The notes under the pieces: model-generated
What the model was told of the DNA's origin: nothing
Database searches by the model: none
Seen by the model: only the letters and a program-made list of their open reading frames with translations
Shown: in pieces, positions 55,566 through 64,000 of the stretch
How the letters are laid out: each line of letters begins with the position of its first letter
How positions within the stretch are numbered: the first letter of the stretch is position 1
Position numbers and translations under genes: made by a program
Origin: Geminicoccales bacterium
Lineage (GTDB): Bacteria; Pseudomonadota; Alphaproteobacteria; Geminicoccales; Geminicoccaceae
Length of the DNA: 64,000 bases
Reading direction: 5' to 3'
Assembly: GCA_050633905.1 (NCBI GenBank)
Contig: JBOEHJ010000023.1
Coordinates: forward strand, 43,677 to 107,676

Positions 55566-56878
55566 GTGAGTTGGAGTTGGGGGGAGTGGTGGCAGCGGTG
55601 ACGGTGGGGCTGTTGTTGCTGGGGGCGCCGGTGGCGTTTGTGCTTGGCAGTGTGGCGATTGTTTTTTTGTTGGCGATCGAGGGCACGTCGGCACTGAGCA
55701 TCGTGCCGAATGTCTTTTATGGCGGGTTGGATAGCTTTGCGCTGTTGTCCATTCCGATGTTCATTGTGATGGGCGGAGCGGTGGCTTCTTCTCGCGCGGG
55801 CGCTGATCTCTACGAGGCGTTAGACCGCTGGCTTTATCGGGTGCCAGGTGGGTTGATGGCGTCCAATATTGGCGCTTGTGCGATCTTTGCCGCCCTTTCA
55901 GGCTCATCACCCGCCACCTGTGCCGCCATTGGCAAGATGGGCATCCCGGAGATGCGCAAGCGTGGCTATGCCGATGGCCTCGCGACTGGAGCGATAGCTG
56001 CAGGCGGTACGCTTGGTATCTTGATCCCGCCCTCGATCACCATGATCGTTTACGGCATTGCGACGGAGACCTCAATTGGTCGCCTGTTCCTGGCAGGTCT
56101 GCTGCCGGGTCTGCTGCTGACCGGGCTTTTCGTTGCCTGGGGGCTGTTGCAGGCACGGCTGGCCGGCGGTGCGGCCATGAGGCGGGATGTCAGCTTCAGC
56201 CTGCGTGAAAAGCTGGAAGTCCTGCCAAGGGTCGCTCCGTTTCTCCTGATCATTGCCGGTATCTTATTTGTTCTTTATGGCGGTGTGGCGACACCATCGG
56301 AGGCTGCCGGCATCGGTGCTGTCATGTGCCTTGCATTGGTGATCATCATCTACCGCATGACGCGCATCAGTGATCACTGGAAGATGCTGCGCTCGTCCAT
56401 GCGCGAAGCGGTCATGATCCTGATGATCATCGCGGCCGCCGAGCTCTTCAGCTATATGATGTCGACGCTTTATATCACCCAGTCGCTGGCGCTCTGGATC
56501 GCCGATCTCGACGTCGGCCCCTGGATCCTGATGGCCTGGATCAATCTTTTTTTACTTGTTGCTGGTTTCTTCCTGCCGCCGGTCGCCGTCATTTTGATGA
56601 CAGCACCGACACTTTTGCCGATCATCGAAGGGGCTGGCTTCGATCCGATCTGGTTTGCCGTGGTGCTGACCATCAACATGGAGATCGGCCTAATCACGCC
56701 CCCTGTCGGCCTCAATCTCTATGTCATCAATGGCATCGCGCCCGAAGTCAAACTGCCGACCATCCTTTGGGGCGCTTTGCCCTTCATGCTCTGCATGGTG
56801 CTCGCCATTATTCTGCTCTGTCTCTTCCCGGACATTGCGCTCTGGCTGCCCAACACGCTGATGGGGCCATCGTTCTAA
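55562..56878 (+). CDS. TRAP transporter large permease (DctM family)
   Basis: A 438-aa protein with about 12 TM segments and DctM motifs (FALLSIPMFIVMG, IPPSITMIVYG, ITPPVGLNLYV). Confidence 0.9.
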   Translation: MSELELGGVVAAVTVGLLLLGAPVAFVLGSVAIVFLLAIEGTSALSIVPNVFYGGLDSFALLSIPMFIVMGGAVASSRAGADLYEALDRWLYRVPGGLMASNIGACAIFAALSGSSPATCAAIGKMGIPEMRKRGYADGLATGAIAAGGTLGILIPPSITMIVYGIATETSIGRLFLAGLLPGLLLTGLFVAWGLLQARLAGGAAMRRDVSFSLREKLEVLPRVAPFLLIIAGILFVLYGGVATPSEAAGIGAVMCLALVIIIYRMTRISDHWKMLRSSMREAVMILMIIAAAELFSYMMSTLYITQSLALWIADLDVGPWILMAWINLFLLVAGFFLPPVAVILMTAPTLLPIIEGAGFDPIWFAVVLTINMEIGLITPPVGLNLYVINGIAPEVKLPTILWGALPFMLCMVLAIILLCLFPDIALWLPNTLMGPSF

Positions 56879-56924
56879 AACCGACGGCGGGTTGCGCATG
56901 TTCGTAAGAGGCTTGTTGCTCGTT

Positions 56925-57785
56925 CTATGACGCTGATTGATCGGGCTTGATCGCCCAAGCCAGTCGCCGCTCAACCACTGTTATCTCATCGTCCAGGCTG
57001 ATCGTGCCTTCCGTTCGGGCAATAATGTTCCATCCAAAAAGAACACCCTTGGCTCGCTGGTCAGCGGAGAAACGGATGCTCTTGAGGGCCCTGGTCGGCT
57101 GGTTGTCGGCGCGCATCGCGCCTGTTTTCTGGTCCTGCGTTGGAACGATACAGCGAATGCAGGGTTTGACGACATCGAAGATGAGGTCACCAACCTGGAT
57201 CACCGCCCAGCTGTCCTCATCCCAGGGCACAAGATTATCCACCACGAGATTGGCACGAAACCGGTCCATCGAAACGGATACGCCGCCCTGCCCTTTGATG
57301 ACTTCGTTAAGCGCATGAAGGGAGGCGGTCGAGGTCAGCAGGATTGGATAGCCATCGGCGAAACTGACAGGCTTTTCAGTACCCGCCCATTTAGGATTGG
57401 CAAAGCGGCTGGCTCGGTCATCCATGAAAACGAGCTTGACCTTGCGTTCGAAAAATTGGCTGAGCCGTTCATTGACCGCTTCATCCGCGATCGCGGCATC
57501 CACAGTCGACTTCCAAACCTTGACCATGACACGGCTAGAGCCGGAGGGCTTGGCAATGTGGAGAGCTTCCCCGCCCGGCAAGGCCATCAGGAGGCTTGTC
57601 TCCGATAGGGCCGCCCCGAGCGTCGCCAGACGCGGCTCTTCACGCTGGGTGATGAATCTGTTGTGGTCATCTACCAACATCCAGCGCCGGTCGCCGGCAA
57701 ACCCTCTTGCACGCAGTTCGGCAACTTCGAGCGGCACGGCTTGGGTGCCTTTGATGGGGTAGATAGCTAACGCGTCGACATGCAT
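56925..57785 (-). CDS. MOSC-domain protein (YcbX-like: MOSC_N beta-barrel plus MOSC)
   Basis: MHVDALAIYPIKGTQAV...GDRRWMLVD...FITQRE at the N-terminus, with FADGYPILL and the conserved Cys region KPCIRCIVPTQDQKTG. The start is 57785 or 57788. Confidence 0.8.
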   Translation of the reverse strand: MHVDALAIYPIKGTQAVPLEVAELRARGFAGDRRWMLVDDHNRFITQREEPRLATLGAALSETSLLMALPGGEALHIAKPSGSSRVMVKVWKSTVDAAIADEAVNERLSQFFERKVKLVFMDDRASRFANPKWAGTEKPVSFADGYPILLTSTASLHALNEVIKGQGGVSVSMDRFRANLVVDNLVPWDEDSWAVIQVGDLIFDVVKPCIRCIVPTQDQKTGAMRADNQPTRALKSIRFSADQRAKGVLFGWNIIARTEGTISLDDEITVVERRLAWAIKPDQSAS

Positions 57786-58054
57786 CATCCGGAACCTTTG
57801 TGATCGTCCCGGCATCATGCCTTTCATCGGTTGAAGAAGGTAGGCATTGGGATCAGGTTTAGGCGTTAAATAACGTTGTATCGCCTCTCGGAGGCGTTAC
57901 ATAGGCAGCGCTGCACAAACCTCCTGCGAAAATGCTGTGGACCAGCTACCCGACGCCTCAGATCAAACAGAAGCCTTGAGAATCCTGCAACATCTGTGTC
58001 TAAAGGAACCAAGGAAGCTTGCAGGAAACCGTAAAGATAAAAGGGGCGTGAGAG

Positions 58055-58759
58055 ATGGACGTAAAGGGCAAGAAAGCTGTTGTTTTCGGGGGCACATCTG
58101 GAATTGGCTTGGCCGCCACCAAGCAACTGGCTGCTTTGGGCGCCGAGGTGATCGCAATCAGCCGCAATCCTGATCGGGTAGGCGAGGTGCCGGCTGGGGT
58201 CACGCTCAAGAAATGCGACGTCCGCGATCGCGATGCCTTGGCAGCCTTGTTTAAAGAATGCGCGCCATTTGACATCCTGGTCAGTGCGGCAACCGGCGGC
58301 GACCGCGCTGTCGGGCCGTTTCTGAAGATGGATATGGATGGCTATATGGCCTCGTTCGACAAGCTTTGGGGCTATGCGAATGTGGTGCGTTTTGGCACTG
58401 AGCATCTGAGCGAGGACGGGTCGATCGTGCTCGTCAGTGGTGCACCCGCCCGAAAGACCAAGCCCGGCCAGGTCGCGATTGGCTCAGTCGGCGGTGCGGT
58501 TGAGGCCTTCGTGCGCGCCGTCGCCCCTGAGATCGCGCCGCGTCGATTAAATGTGGTCTCACCCGGCCAGATCGATACGCCAATGGTGGCGCTCAAGGGC
58601 GAGGAGCGTGAGGCATTCTATAAGAAGATGACGGCCAATCACATCATTCCGCGCGGCGGCACGGCCGACGAGGTCGCCCAGGCGATCATCTTCATGATCC
58701 AGAATGATTTTGTGACGGGGACAACGATCGACGTGGATGGTGGCTGGCTCTTATCCTAA
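58055..58759 (+). CDS. SDR family oxidoreductase
   Basis: KAVVFGGTSGIGLAATKQL (TGxxxGIG), 234 aa, and GTTIDVDGGW at the C-terminus. Confidence 0.8.
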   Translation: MDVKGKKAVVFGGTSGIGLAATKQLAALGAEVIAISRNPDRVGEVPAGVTLKKCDVRDRDALAALFKECAPFDILVSAATGGDRAVGPFLKMDMDGYMASFDKLWGYANVVRFGTEHLSEDGSIVLVSGAPARKTKPGQVAIGSVGGAVEAFVRAVAPEIAPRRLNVVSPGQIDTPMVALKGEEREAFYKKMTANHIIPRGGTADEVAQAIIFMIQNDFVTGTTIDVDGGWLLS

Positions 58760-58835
58760 GGAAATGTCCACATCAGTTGGTTGCCCACCGTCATCGTCGA
58801 AATACGAGGGTATGCGACCAAGTAAGCTAGCCGGG
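58757..58835 (+). repeat. REP/RIME-like palindromic intergenic element, copy R5 (divergent)
   Basis: TAAGGAAATGTCCACATCAGTTGG...CGAGGGTATGCGACCAAGTAAGCTAGCCGGG starts on the SDR stop codon. Confidence 0.6.
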
Positions 58836-58906
58836 AAATGGGCTGTTCTGTTGAAGACACACGACTAGCCCACAAGCAGCCCACCTTGGTTCGGCGACAT
58901 GATGTT

Positions 58907-58938
58907 GGGGGTGGGTCAGGTCGACCTGACCCACCCCC
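58907..58938. terminator. 32-bp perfect palindrome between convergent genes
   Basis: GGGGGTGGGTCAGGTC|GACCTGACCCACCCCC has 16-nt arms that are exact reverse complements. It lies between the SDR (+) and iolJ-like (-) 3' ends. There is no U-tract. Confidence 0.5.
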
Positions 58939-58941
58939 CCC

Positions 58942-59787
58942 TTAGTCTGGCGCTTGTCCAGATGCGCCGAGTCCTTGCAGGACAGCCCGCGTCGCAGCCT
59001 CGATATCAGGTTCCGTCGACGATAATATCGCCAGACGATCGAACAGCTCAGGGTCGCCCGCCAGCGTTCTGCGGATGCTCCGGCCGAAGGTCTGGCGAAG
59101 TTCTGTGCCGATGTTGAACTTACAAATCGCTGAACTCGCTGCGAGATGTCGCCGTTGTTCGATCGATACGCCGGAACCGCCATGGATGACAAGGGGGACT
59201 TCGGTCTTGGCCTGAATTGCTGAAAGGCGCTGCTCGTCAAGGTTCGTTCCGTTGTCCATTTGCAGATGCACATTGCCGATCGAGATCGCCATGGCATCAA
59301 CGCCGGTCTCTTGGGCGAAACGAGCGGCCTCGTTAGGATCGGTGCCGGCGGATTGGTCGCCATCGGCATAGCCGACAAAGCCGATCTCACCTTCTGCGGA
59401 ACTACCGGCCTTATGGGCAAGAGCGGTCATCTCAGCGGTTTTTTCGATATTCTCTTCAAGTGGCAATCGAGAGCCATCAAACATCACCGATGTAAAGCCA
59501 CAATCGATCGCTTGCCGGCACTCGTCCAAGGTGTAGCCGTGATCTAGATGCATCACAATCGGGACGGATGCCGCGTCGGCCAGATACCCGAACATTGAGG
59601 CTAGGACGGGGAGCGGTGTGTGCTTCCGGCATCCCGGCCCCGCCTGCAAGATGACAGGCGCACATTCGGCCTCAGCGGCGGTGACATAGGCGCGAGAATC
59701 TTCCCAGCCGAGGCAGACTAGCCCTGGCACGGCATAACCCTCAGCGAGAGCAGGCCGAAGGACATCAGCCAGCGCGGCTCGAGTCAT
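58942..59787 (-). CDS. iolJ: Class II (metal-dependent) ketose-bisphosphate aldolase, IolJ-like
   Basis: YAVPGLVCLGWE..., PIVMHLDHG, VMFDGS, IGNVHL and LVIHGGSG are FBA class II motifs. The start overlaps the iolB stop (ATGA). The functional call as 6-phospho-5-dehydro-2-deoxy-gluconate aldolase comes from context. Confidence 0.7.
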   Translation of the reverse strand: MTRAALADVLRPALAEGYAVPGLVCLGWEDSRAYVTAAEAECAPVILQAGPGCRKHTPLPVLASMFGYLADAASVPIVMHLDHGYTLDECRQAIDCGFTSVMFDGSRLPLEENIEKTAEMTALAHKAGSSAEGEIGFVGYADGDQSAGTDPNEAARFAQETGVDAMAISIGNVHLQMDNGTNLDEQRLSAIQAKTEVPLVIHGGSGVSIEQRRHLAASSAICKFNIGTELRQTFGRSIRRTLAGDPELFDRLAILSSTEPDIEAATRAVLQGLGASGQAPD

Positions 59788-60626
59788 TTGAATTTGGCGA
59801 TCATGTCCTTGATGCCTGGGATGGTCTCGATCTGATAGGCATGGCTCGGCTGGAAGAACTGCACCAGCGAGCGTTGGGAGAGGCCGCCTAGGATGGTGAA
59901 ATAGTACATTTCATAACCCGGCAGCGCGCAGCAGGGATGATAGCCGTTATCGAGGCAGATCGTGGAGCCATCGACGATGTGATAGGCATCGCCGGGCTCG
60001 CCATCCGCCCGCTGCAGCATCTGCACGCCGGAGCCGTGGTTGGGCCGAAAACGGAAATTATAGGTCTCGTCATGGCGGGTTTCATCGGGCAAGCGATCGG
60101 TATCATGCTTGTGGCTGGGAAAGCCGGACCAGCCGCCGGCACCAACAGTGAAGAGCTCGGATACCAGAAGGCGGCCGACTTTGTCCGCCTGCTTTTGACC
60201 CAGAATATGCTTGATTTTTCGGTGGGTTTTGGTGTCATCCGAGCCGTATTGAACAAGATCAAGCGCGTTTGAGCGCACGTCAAAGGGCTCCAGGACTTTG
60301 TCGTATTTGGCGCCGGCGACGAACGTCTCGGTTTCATCGGAGACAGCCACGATCTCGACCGTGGCGCCTGAAGGCGCATAAACGCCCTCCGGCTCGCCAT
60401 CCCAGACATCGACACCACGTCCGCCAAGCTTCTTGAAGCTAACACCTTCGATGTTCACATCAACACTGCCGGTCGCCGGCACGACGCAGGTTTCATAACC
60501 TGGCACCTGATAGGTGAAAGCTTCACCCTGCTTCAGCTTTACAATGTTGAAGTAATTCAACGGGACCGTTGCGTCACCAACGTCGACGATCGGCTTGTTC
60601 TGGTTGTCGTAAGGGGCGATATGCAA
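59784..60626 (-). CDS. iolB: 5-deoxy-glucuronate isomerase
   Basis: LNYFNIVKLKQGEAF..., GGWSGFPSHKHDTD...ETYNFRF and GYHPCCALPGYEMYYF are KduI/IolB family motifs. Confidence 0.85.
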   Translation of the reverse strand: MHIAPYDNQNKPIVDVGDATVPLNYFNIVKLKQGEAFTYQVPGYETCVVPATGSVDVNIEGVSFKKLGGRGVDVWDGEPEGVYAPSGATVEIVAVSDETETFVAGAKYDKVLEPFDVRSNALDLVQYGSDDTKTHRKIKHILGQKQADKVGRLLVSELFTVGAGGWSGFPSHKHDTDRLPDETRHDETYNFRFRPNHGSGVQMLQRADGEPGDAYHIVDGSTICLDNGYHPCCALPGYEMYYFTILGGLSQRSLVQFFQPSHAYQIETIPGIKDMIAKFK

Positions 60627-60646
60627 GAGAGAACTCCTCGGATTGG

Positions 60647-61615
60647 TCAGCGTTGGTTCGTTCGATCATCCATAAAGTCATTGAGCTCGTCCGTCGTCGG
60701 GATGGCTTCAGCGCAGCCGGCGCGCGAGACGGTGATCGCGGCTGAAGCCGAGCCGCGATCGACGGCGGTTGGAAGGTCCAATCCCTGAACGAGGGACGAG
60801 AGCAGCCCGCCCATGAAGGCATCACCGGCTCCGTTAGGGGCGAGGGCTTCGACGGGGTAGATGCCACATTCGGTTTCGTTATCTTCAGTAATCGTGATGG
60901 ACCCCTTTTCGCCCTGCTTATAGACGACAATCGAGGCCCCACTCCGAACAAGCGTCCTCGCCTTTTCAAGCCCCAGATCATAACCACCGGCCATGAAGCC
61001 GAACTCATCATCATTGCCAATGATGACGTCGCAATAGGTGGCAGCTCTCGAATAAACCTCGGCTGCTTCCTCAGCTGAAGCCCAAGAATAGGGTCGATAA
61101 TCGACATCGAAGATCAAAGGAAGACCGGCCTCTTTGGCGAGATCGAAGGCGCGAAAGGTCGAGGTGCGCGACGGTTCGCCGGCGAGCACCGTGCCTGTGG
61201 TGATCAACCCGGCAAAGGCGGCATAATCCGGCTTTTCAACATCGGCTTTGGTGAGTTGGAAATCGGCAGCACCATTCCGATAGATGACAGTCTCCGTCCG
61301 GTCATAGACGGCAAGCGAGTTTCGATATTCGCCGCCGACCATTGTCACGAAACCGGTATCGACACCGTAGCGCTGAAGTTGGTGGATGCAAAAGCGCCCG
61401 ATCAGATCATCGGAAACCGGCGTCATGATGGCAGCGGCGCAGCCAAGCTTCACCAGCCCAGCTGAGATGTTGGCGCTCGATCCACCAAGACCTGCGGAAA
61501 AAGACGCGCTCTCCAACGCCGTCTCACCATGAACAGCCGGCGTAAAATCCATACCCGCCCGACCAATCACCAGGAACGTCCTGGAGCGTTGACTGAAGAG
61601 GTTTATGGCTGGCAT
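60647..61615 (-). CDS. iolC: PfkB-family sugar kinase, 5-dehydro-2-deoxygluconokinase-like (kinase domain only)
   Basis: FLVIGRAGMDF..., GGSSANISAGLVKLG, and the C-terminal NGAGDAFMGGLL anion-hole motif. The ATG overlaps the iolD stop (TGATG). Confidence 0.8.
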   Translation of the reverse strand: MPAINLFSQRSRTFLVIGRAGMDFTPAVHGETALESASFSAGLGGSSANISAGLVKLGCAAAIMTPVSDDLIGRFCIHQLQRYGVDTGFVTMVGGEYRNSLAVYDRTETVIYRNGAADFQLTKADVEKPDYAAFAGLITTGTVLAGEPSRTSTFRAFDLAKEAGLPLIFDVDYRPYSWASAEEAAEVYSRAATYCDVIIGNDDEFGFMAGGYDLGLEKARTLVRSGASIVVYKQGEKGSITITEDNETECGIYPVEALAPNGAGDAFMGGLLSSLVQGLDLPTAVDRGSASAAITVSRAGCAEAIPTTDELNDFMDDRTNQR

Positions 61616-63489
61616 CAGATGCCTTTCCTTTGACGGGATCGGCCGGATTCCCAATCATTGTGGGCGGTGCGCACTTTTTCGTGTTCGGAAACTTCGGGCG
61701 TGCCGACCTCCCACCAGGTATGGCCTTCCGTTGTCCAGCCTTCATAGGCATCGACATTCATCACGATCACGGATGTCTTGTCGGCGGTTTTGGCGCGCTT
61801 GAAGGCGTCGCCGAGTTCGGTGGGGTTGGCAACGGTCTCGGCGTTTGCACCCATGGCGCGGGCATGGGCCTCAAAATCGACGGCGAAGGCGTTAGGAACG
61901 GTTGGGCAGTCCTTGAAGAGGCAGTTGAAGCTCTCATTGCCGGTGCCGTTCTGAAGCTTGTTGATGACGGCAAAGCCGCCATTGTCGAGCACGAGGATGA
62001 TCAGCTTTTTCTGGGTGAGCACCGAGGAATAGATATCGGAATTCATCAGGAGATAAGAACCATCACCGCAAAAAACGATGGTGTCCCTGTCCGGCTCCAC
62101 CTCGCTCTGGGCGATCCTCGCCCCCCAAGCGCCGGCGAGCTCATAGCCCATGCAGGAAAAACCGAACTCGACGTCAACCGTGCCGGTATCGAGGGTTCGC
62201 CAGTTCGCGGTGACTTCGGCCGGCAGACCGCCTGCTGCCGCCACTACCCTGTCCTTCGGATCACAAAGCGCGTTCACCACACCAATGGCCTGGCCATAGG
62301 AGTTCGGACGATTGGTGTCCGTCCTGACATTGTCAGCGACGTAAGTATCCCAGCTTGCTCGTTCCGTCTTGGCCTCATCCACCCAATCCGCCGGTGCTTT
62401 GTAACCGCCGAGGCCTGCAGCCAGGCTCGCAATGCCGAGCTTGGCGTCACCAACCACTGGGAGTGAGCGGTGCTTGCCGGCATCGTGGCGAGCAGCGTTG
62501 AGCGAGATCAGGCGGGCGTCCTTGGCGAAGGCGGTCCAGGAGCCGGTGGTGAAGTCCTGTAATCTGCAGCCGATCGACAGGATCACATCGGCCTTTTCAG
62601 CAATCGCATTGGCGCTATTCGATCCCGTAACGCCGATCGGACCGATATTCAGCGGATGCTCAGCGACCAGGTTAGCGCGCCCGGCAATCGTCTCGACCAC
62701 GGGGATGCCATGGGTCTCGGCAAAGTCAGTAAGTTCAGCCACCGCACCCGAATACTGCACCCCACCGCCTGCGATAATCACAGGTCGGGATGCTGACCTC
62801 AGTAACGCCGAAGCCTCGGCGACCTCGACACTATCTGGAGGCTGGCGGCGGATATGGTGGGTTTTTTCGTCGAATAGTTCGGTTGGGTAGTCATAGGCCC
62901 AGCCTTGGATGTCTTGGGGGAGTGCCAAAAAAACGGGGCCGCAATCGGCAGGGTCGAGCATGGTGGCGAAGGCTGCTGGCAGGGACTGCATGATTTGGGC
63001 CGGATGGGTGATCCGGTCCCAGTAGCGGGAAACCGCCTGGAAGCCATCGTTCAAGCCGTAACCAGGATTACCGAAATGTTCGAGCTGTTGGAGCACGGGG
63101 TCCGGCAGTCTCGTGGCATAGGCATCGCCGCAAAGCATCAGAACCGGAAGGCGGTTCGCATGGGCAAGCGCTGCTGAGGTGTAGAGATTGGCGGTGCCGG
63201 GACCGGCTGATGCCGTACAGAACATGAAGCGCCGCCGAAGGTGATATTTCGCGTAAGCGGCAGCTGCAAACCCCATGCCCTGCTCATTCTGGCCGCGATA
63301 AAGTGGCAAAACATCCCGGTGATCGTAGAGCGCCTCGCCGAGGCAAGTGACATTGCCATGGCCGAAAATGCCAAAGCCGCCACCGCAGAGGCGTTGGCGC
63401 TTGCCGTCGATCTCGATGAACTGCGCGGCCAGATACCGGACGATCGCCTGTGCCGTCGTCAGACGGACCTCGCTGACTGCCTTACTCAC
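61615..63489 (-). CDS. iolD: 3D-(3,5/4)-trihydroxycyclohexane-1,2-dione acylhydrolase (ThDP enzyme)
   Basis: VRLTTAQAIVRYLAAQFIEIDGK...GIFGHGNV...GPGTANL...GDGSYLMNSDIYSS(V) are ThDP-binding motifs and the length is IolD-like. The GTG at 63489 lies behind GGGAGG. The longer ORF to 63645 would run into the divergent gene. Confidence 0.85.
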   Translation of the reverse strand: MSKAVSEVRLTTAQAIVRYLAAQFIEIDGKRQRLCGGGFGIFGHGNVTCLGEALYDHRDVLPLYRGQNEQGMGFAAAAYAKYHLRRRFMFCTASAGPGTANLYTSAALAHANRLPVLMLCGDAYATRLPDPVLQQLEHFGNPGYGLNDGFQAVSRYWDRITHPAQIMQSLPAAFATMLDPADCGPVFLALPQDIQGWAYDYPTELFDEKTHHIRRQPPDSVEVAEASALLRSASRPVIIAGGGVQYSGAVAELTDFAETHGIPVVETIAGRANLVAEHPLNIGPIGVTGSNSANAIAEKADVILSIGCRLQDFTTGSWTAFAKDARLISLNAARHDAGKHRSLPVVGDAKLGIASLAAGLGGYKAPADWVDEAKTERASWDTYVADNVRTDTNRPNSYGQAIGVVNALCDPKDRVVAAAGGLPAEVTANWRTLDTGTVDVEFGFSCMGYELAGAWGARIAQSEVEPDRDTIVFCGDGSYLLMNSDIYSSVLTQKKLIILVLDNGGFAVINKLQNGTGNESFNCLFKDCPTVPNAFAVDFEAHARAMGANAETVANPTELGDAFKRAKTADKTSVIVMNVDAYEGWTTEGHTWWEVGTPEVSEHEKVRTAHNDWESGRSRQRKGI

Positions 63490-63564
63490 GCCTGCCTCCC
63501 TATCGAAAAAATATCGTGCTGCGTCGAATTTGGATTGACGGCGACAGCCATTCGAAGATACGCA

Positions 63565-63584
63565 ATTTGCAACCGGTTGCAAAT
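63565..63584. promoter_or_regulatory. 20-bp perfect palindrome in the iolD / iolG-like divergent promoter region (candidate repressor operator)
   Basis: ATTTGCAACCGGTTGCAAAT is a perfect dyad. Its TGCAACC|GGTTGCA core has the general shape of LacI-family operators (TG-AA-CG-TT-CA). Confidence 0.5.
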
Positions 63585-63619
63585 AGTTTGTGACTGACGA
63601 GCATATCGGGAGACGAGGC

Positions 63620-64000
63620 TTGGCGCGAAACATCGGCATAGGCATCGTTGGCGGCGGCTATATGGGCAAGGCGCATGCTGTCGCCATGGCGTCGGTGGGG
63701 GCCCTGTTCGAAACAGGATTGCGGCCAAGATTGGAGATGGTCGCGGGCTCGACACCAGAGTCAGGACAACGTCTCGCCGAGAAATTCGGATACAAACGCG
63801 CCGCCGATGACTGGCAAACGCTGGTTGCCGATCCCGCGGTCGAGGCGATCATCATCGCATCTCCGCAAATGACCCACCGCGCCATCGCTGAGGCGGCTTT
63901 CGCGCTTAAAAAACCGGTCTTTTGCGAAAAGCCGCTTGGCGCCTCGCTCGACGACGCCAAGGCGATGGTTGCCGCCGCCGAAGCCAATGGCTGCGTCAAC
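63620..64000 (+). CDS. Gfo/Idh/MocA-family NAD-dependent oxidoreductase (inositol 2-dehydrogenase-like), 3' end off the window
   Basis: Manual translation gives (L/M)ARNIGIGIVGGGYMGKAHAVAMASVGALFE...VEAIIIASPQMTHRAIAEAAFALKKPVFCEKPL, a Rossmann GxGxxG plus the EKP motif. The start is a TTG at 63620 behind GGGAGA, or a GTG at 63590. Confidence 0.75.
   Translation, partial: MARNIGIGIVGGGYMGKAHAVAMASVGALFETGLRPRLEMVAGSTPESGQRLAEKFGYKRAADDWQTLVADPAVEAIIIASPQMTHRAIAEAAFALKKPVFCEKPLGASLDDAKAMVAAAEANGCVN

Noticed and set aside
6895-58835. The stop-codon-abutting repeats might be integron attC sites marking gene cassettes.
   Set aside because: I could not find RYYYAAC / GTTRRRY core sites at the element ends. 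The intervals between copies hold many genes in both orientations rather than single promoterless cassettes. No intI gene or attI is present.
1-64000. CRISPR arrays, rRNA or tRNA genes, prophage or conjugative modules, and known defence-system gene sets.
   Set aside because: I saw no regularly spaced direct repeats, no rRNA or tRNA-like sequence, and no integrase, terminase, relaxase, restriction-modification, Cas or other defence signature proteins in any of the translated ORFs.

Overview
This is a 64-kb stretch of a fairly high-GC bacterial replicon (GC judged by eye, not computed). The gene content looks alphaproteobacterial, possibly marine (inference): several TRAP transporters, DUF1127/LysR pairs, iol genes, a P1B copper ATPase with a MerR-type promoter, and REP/RIME-like intergenic elements. 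I support about 60 protein-coding genes and saw no rRNA, tRNA or CRISPR array.

Main blocks, in order:
- 1-8.6 kb: a TRAP binding protein, a NitT/TauT-type ABC importer and a formylglycine sulfatase.
- 8.7-14.7 kb: IS scars, an NQO-like reductase, an ExeM/NucH-like secreted nuclease, and copA with a CueR-type operator.
- 14.8-24.7 kb: an MttB-family methyltransferase, a FAD oxidoreductase, a cysteine-less PAPS-reductase-like protein, sat, aprM and aprBA. This is a dissimilatory-type APS reductase module in a heterotroph-like context.
- 25-29.5 kb: an AT-richer islet with a 986-aa chemoreceptor and a small periplasmic PDC-like protein.
- 29.5-35.3 kb: an ABC exporter, a cupin, and a tight VOC-VOC-class D beta-lactamase-EamA cluster.
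- 35.3-38 kb and 50-51.3 kb: two paralogous divergent DUF1127-LysR pairs.
- 38.2-42.1 kb: a complete Anbu operon (ATP-grasp, alpha-E, transglutaminase, proteasome-like peptidase).
- 42.2-50 kb: copper accessory genes, a decayed zone, a TPR protein and an orphan ParA.
- 51.7-64 kb: rsgA, a second TRAP system, and an iolJ-iolB-iolC-iolD cluster facing an iolG-like gene.

The most distinctive non-genic signal is a family of six or seven 80-100 bp palindromic elements. All are in the same orientation and all sit on or next to the stop codons of plus-strand genes.

I cannot point to one clearly unprecedented system. The best candidates for follow-up are the apr/sat/MttB/PAPS-reductase-like cluster, the stop-codon-abutting repeat family and the Anbu operon. 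All family assignments come from reading motifs in the translations. No database search was run.
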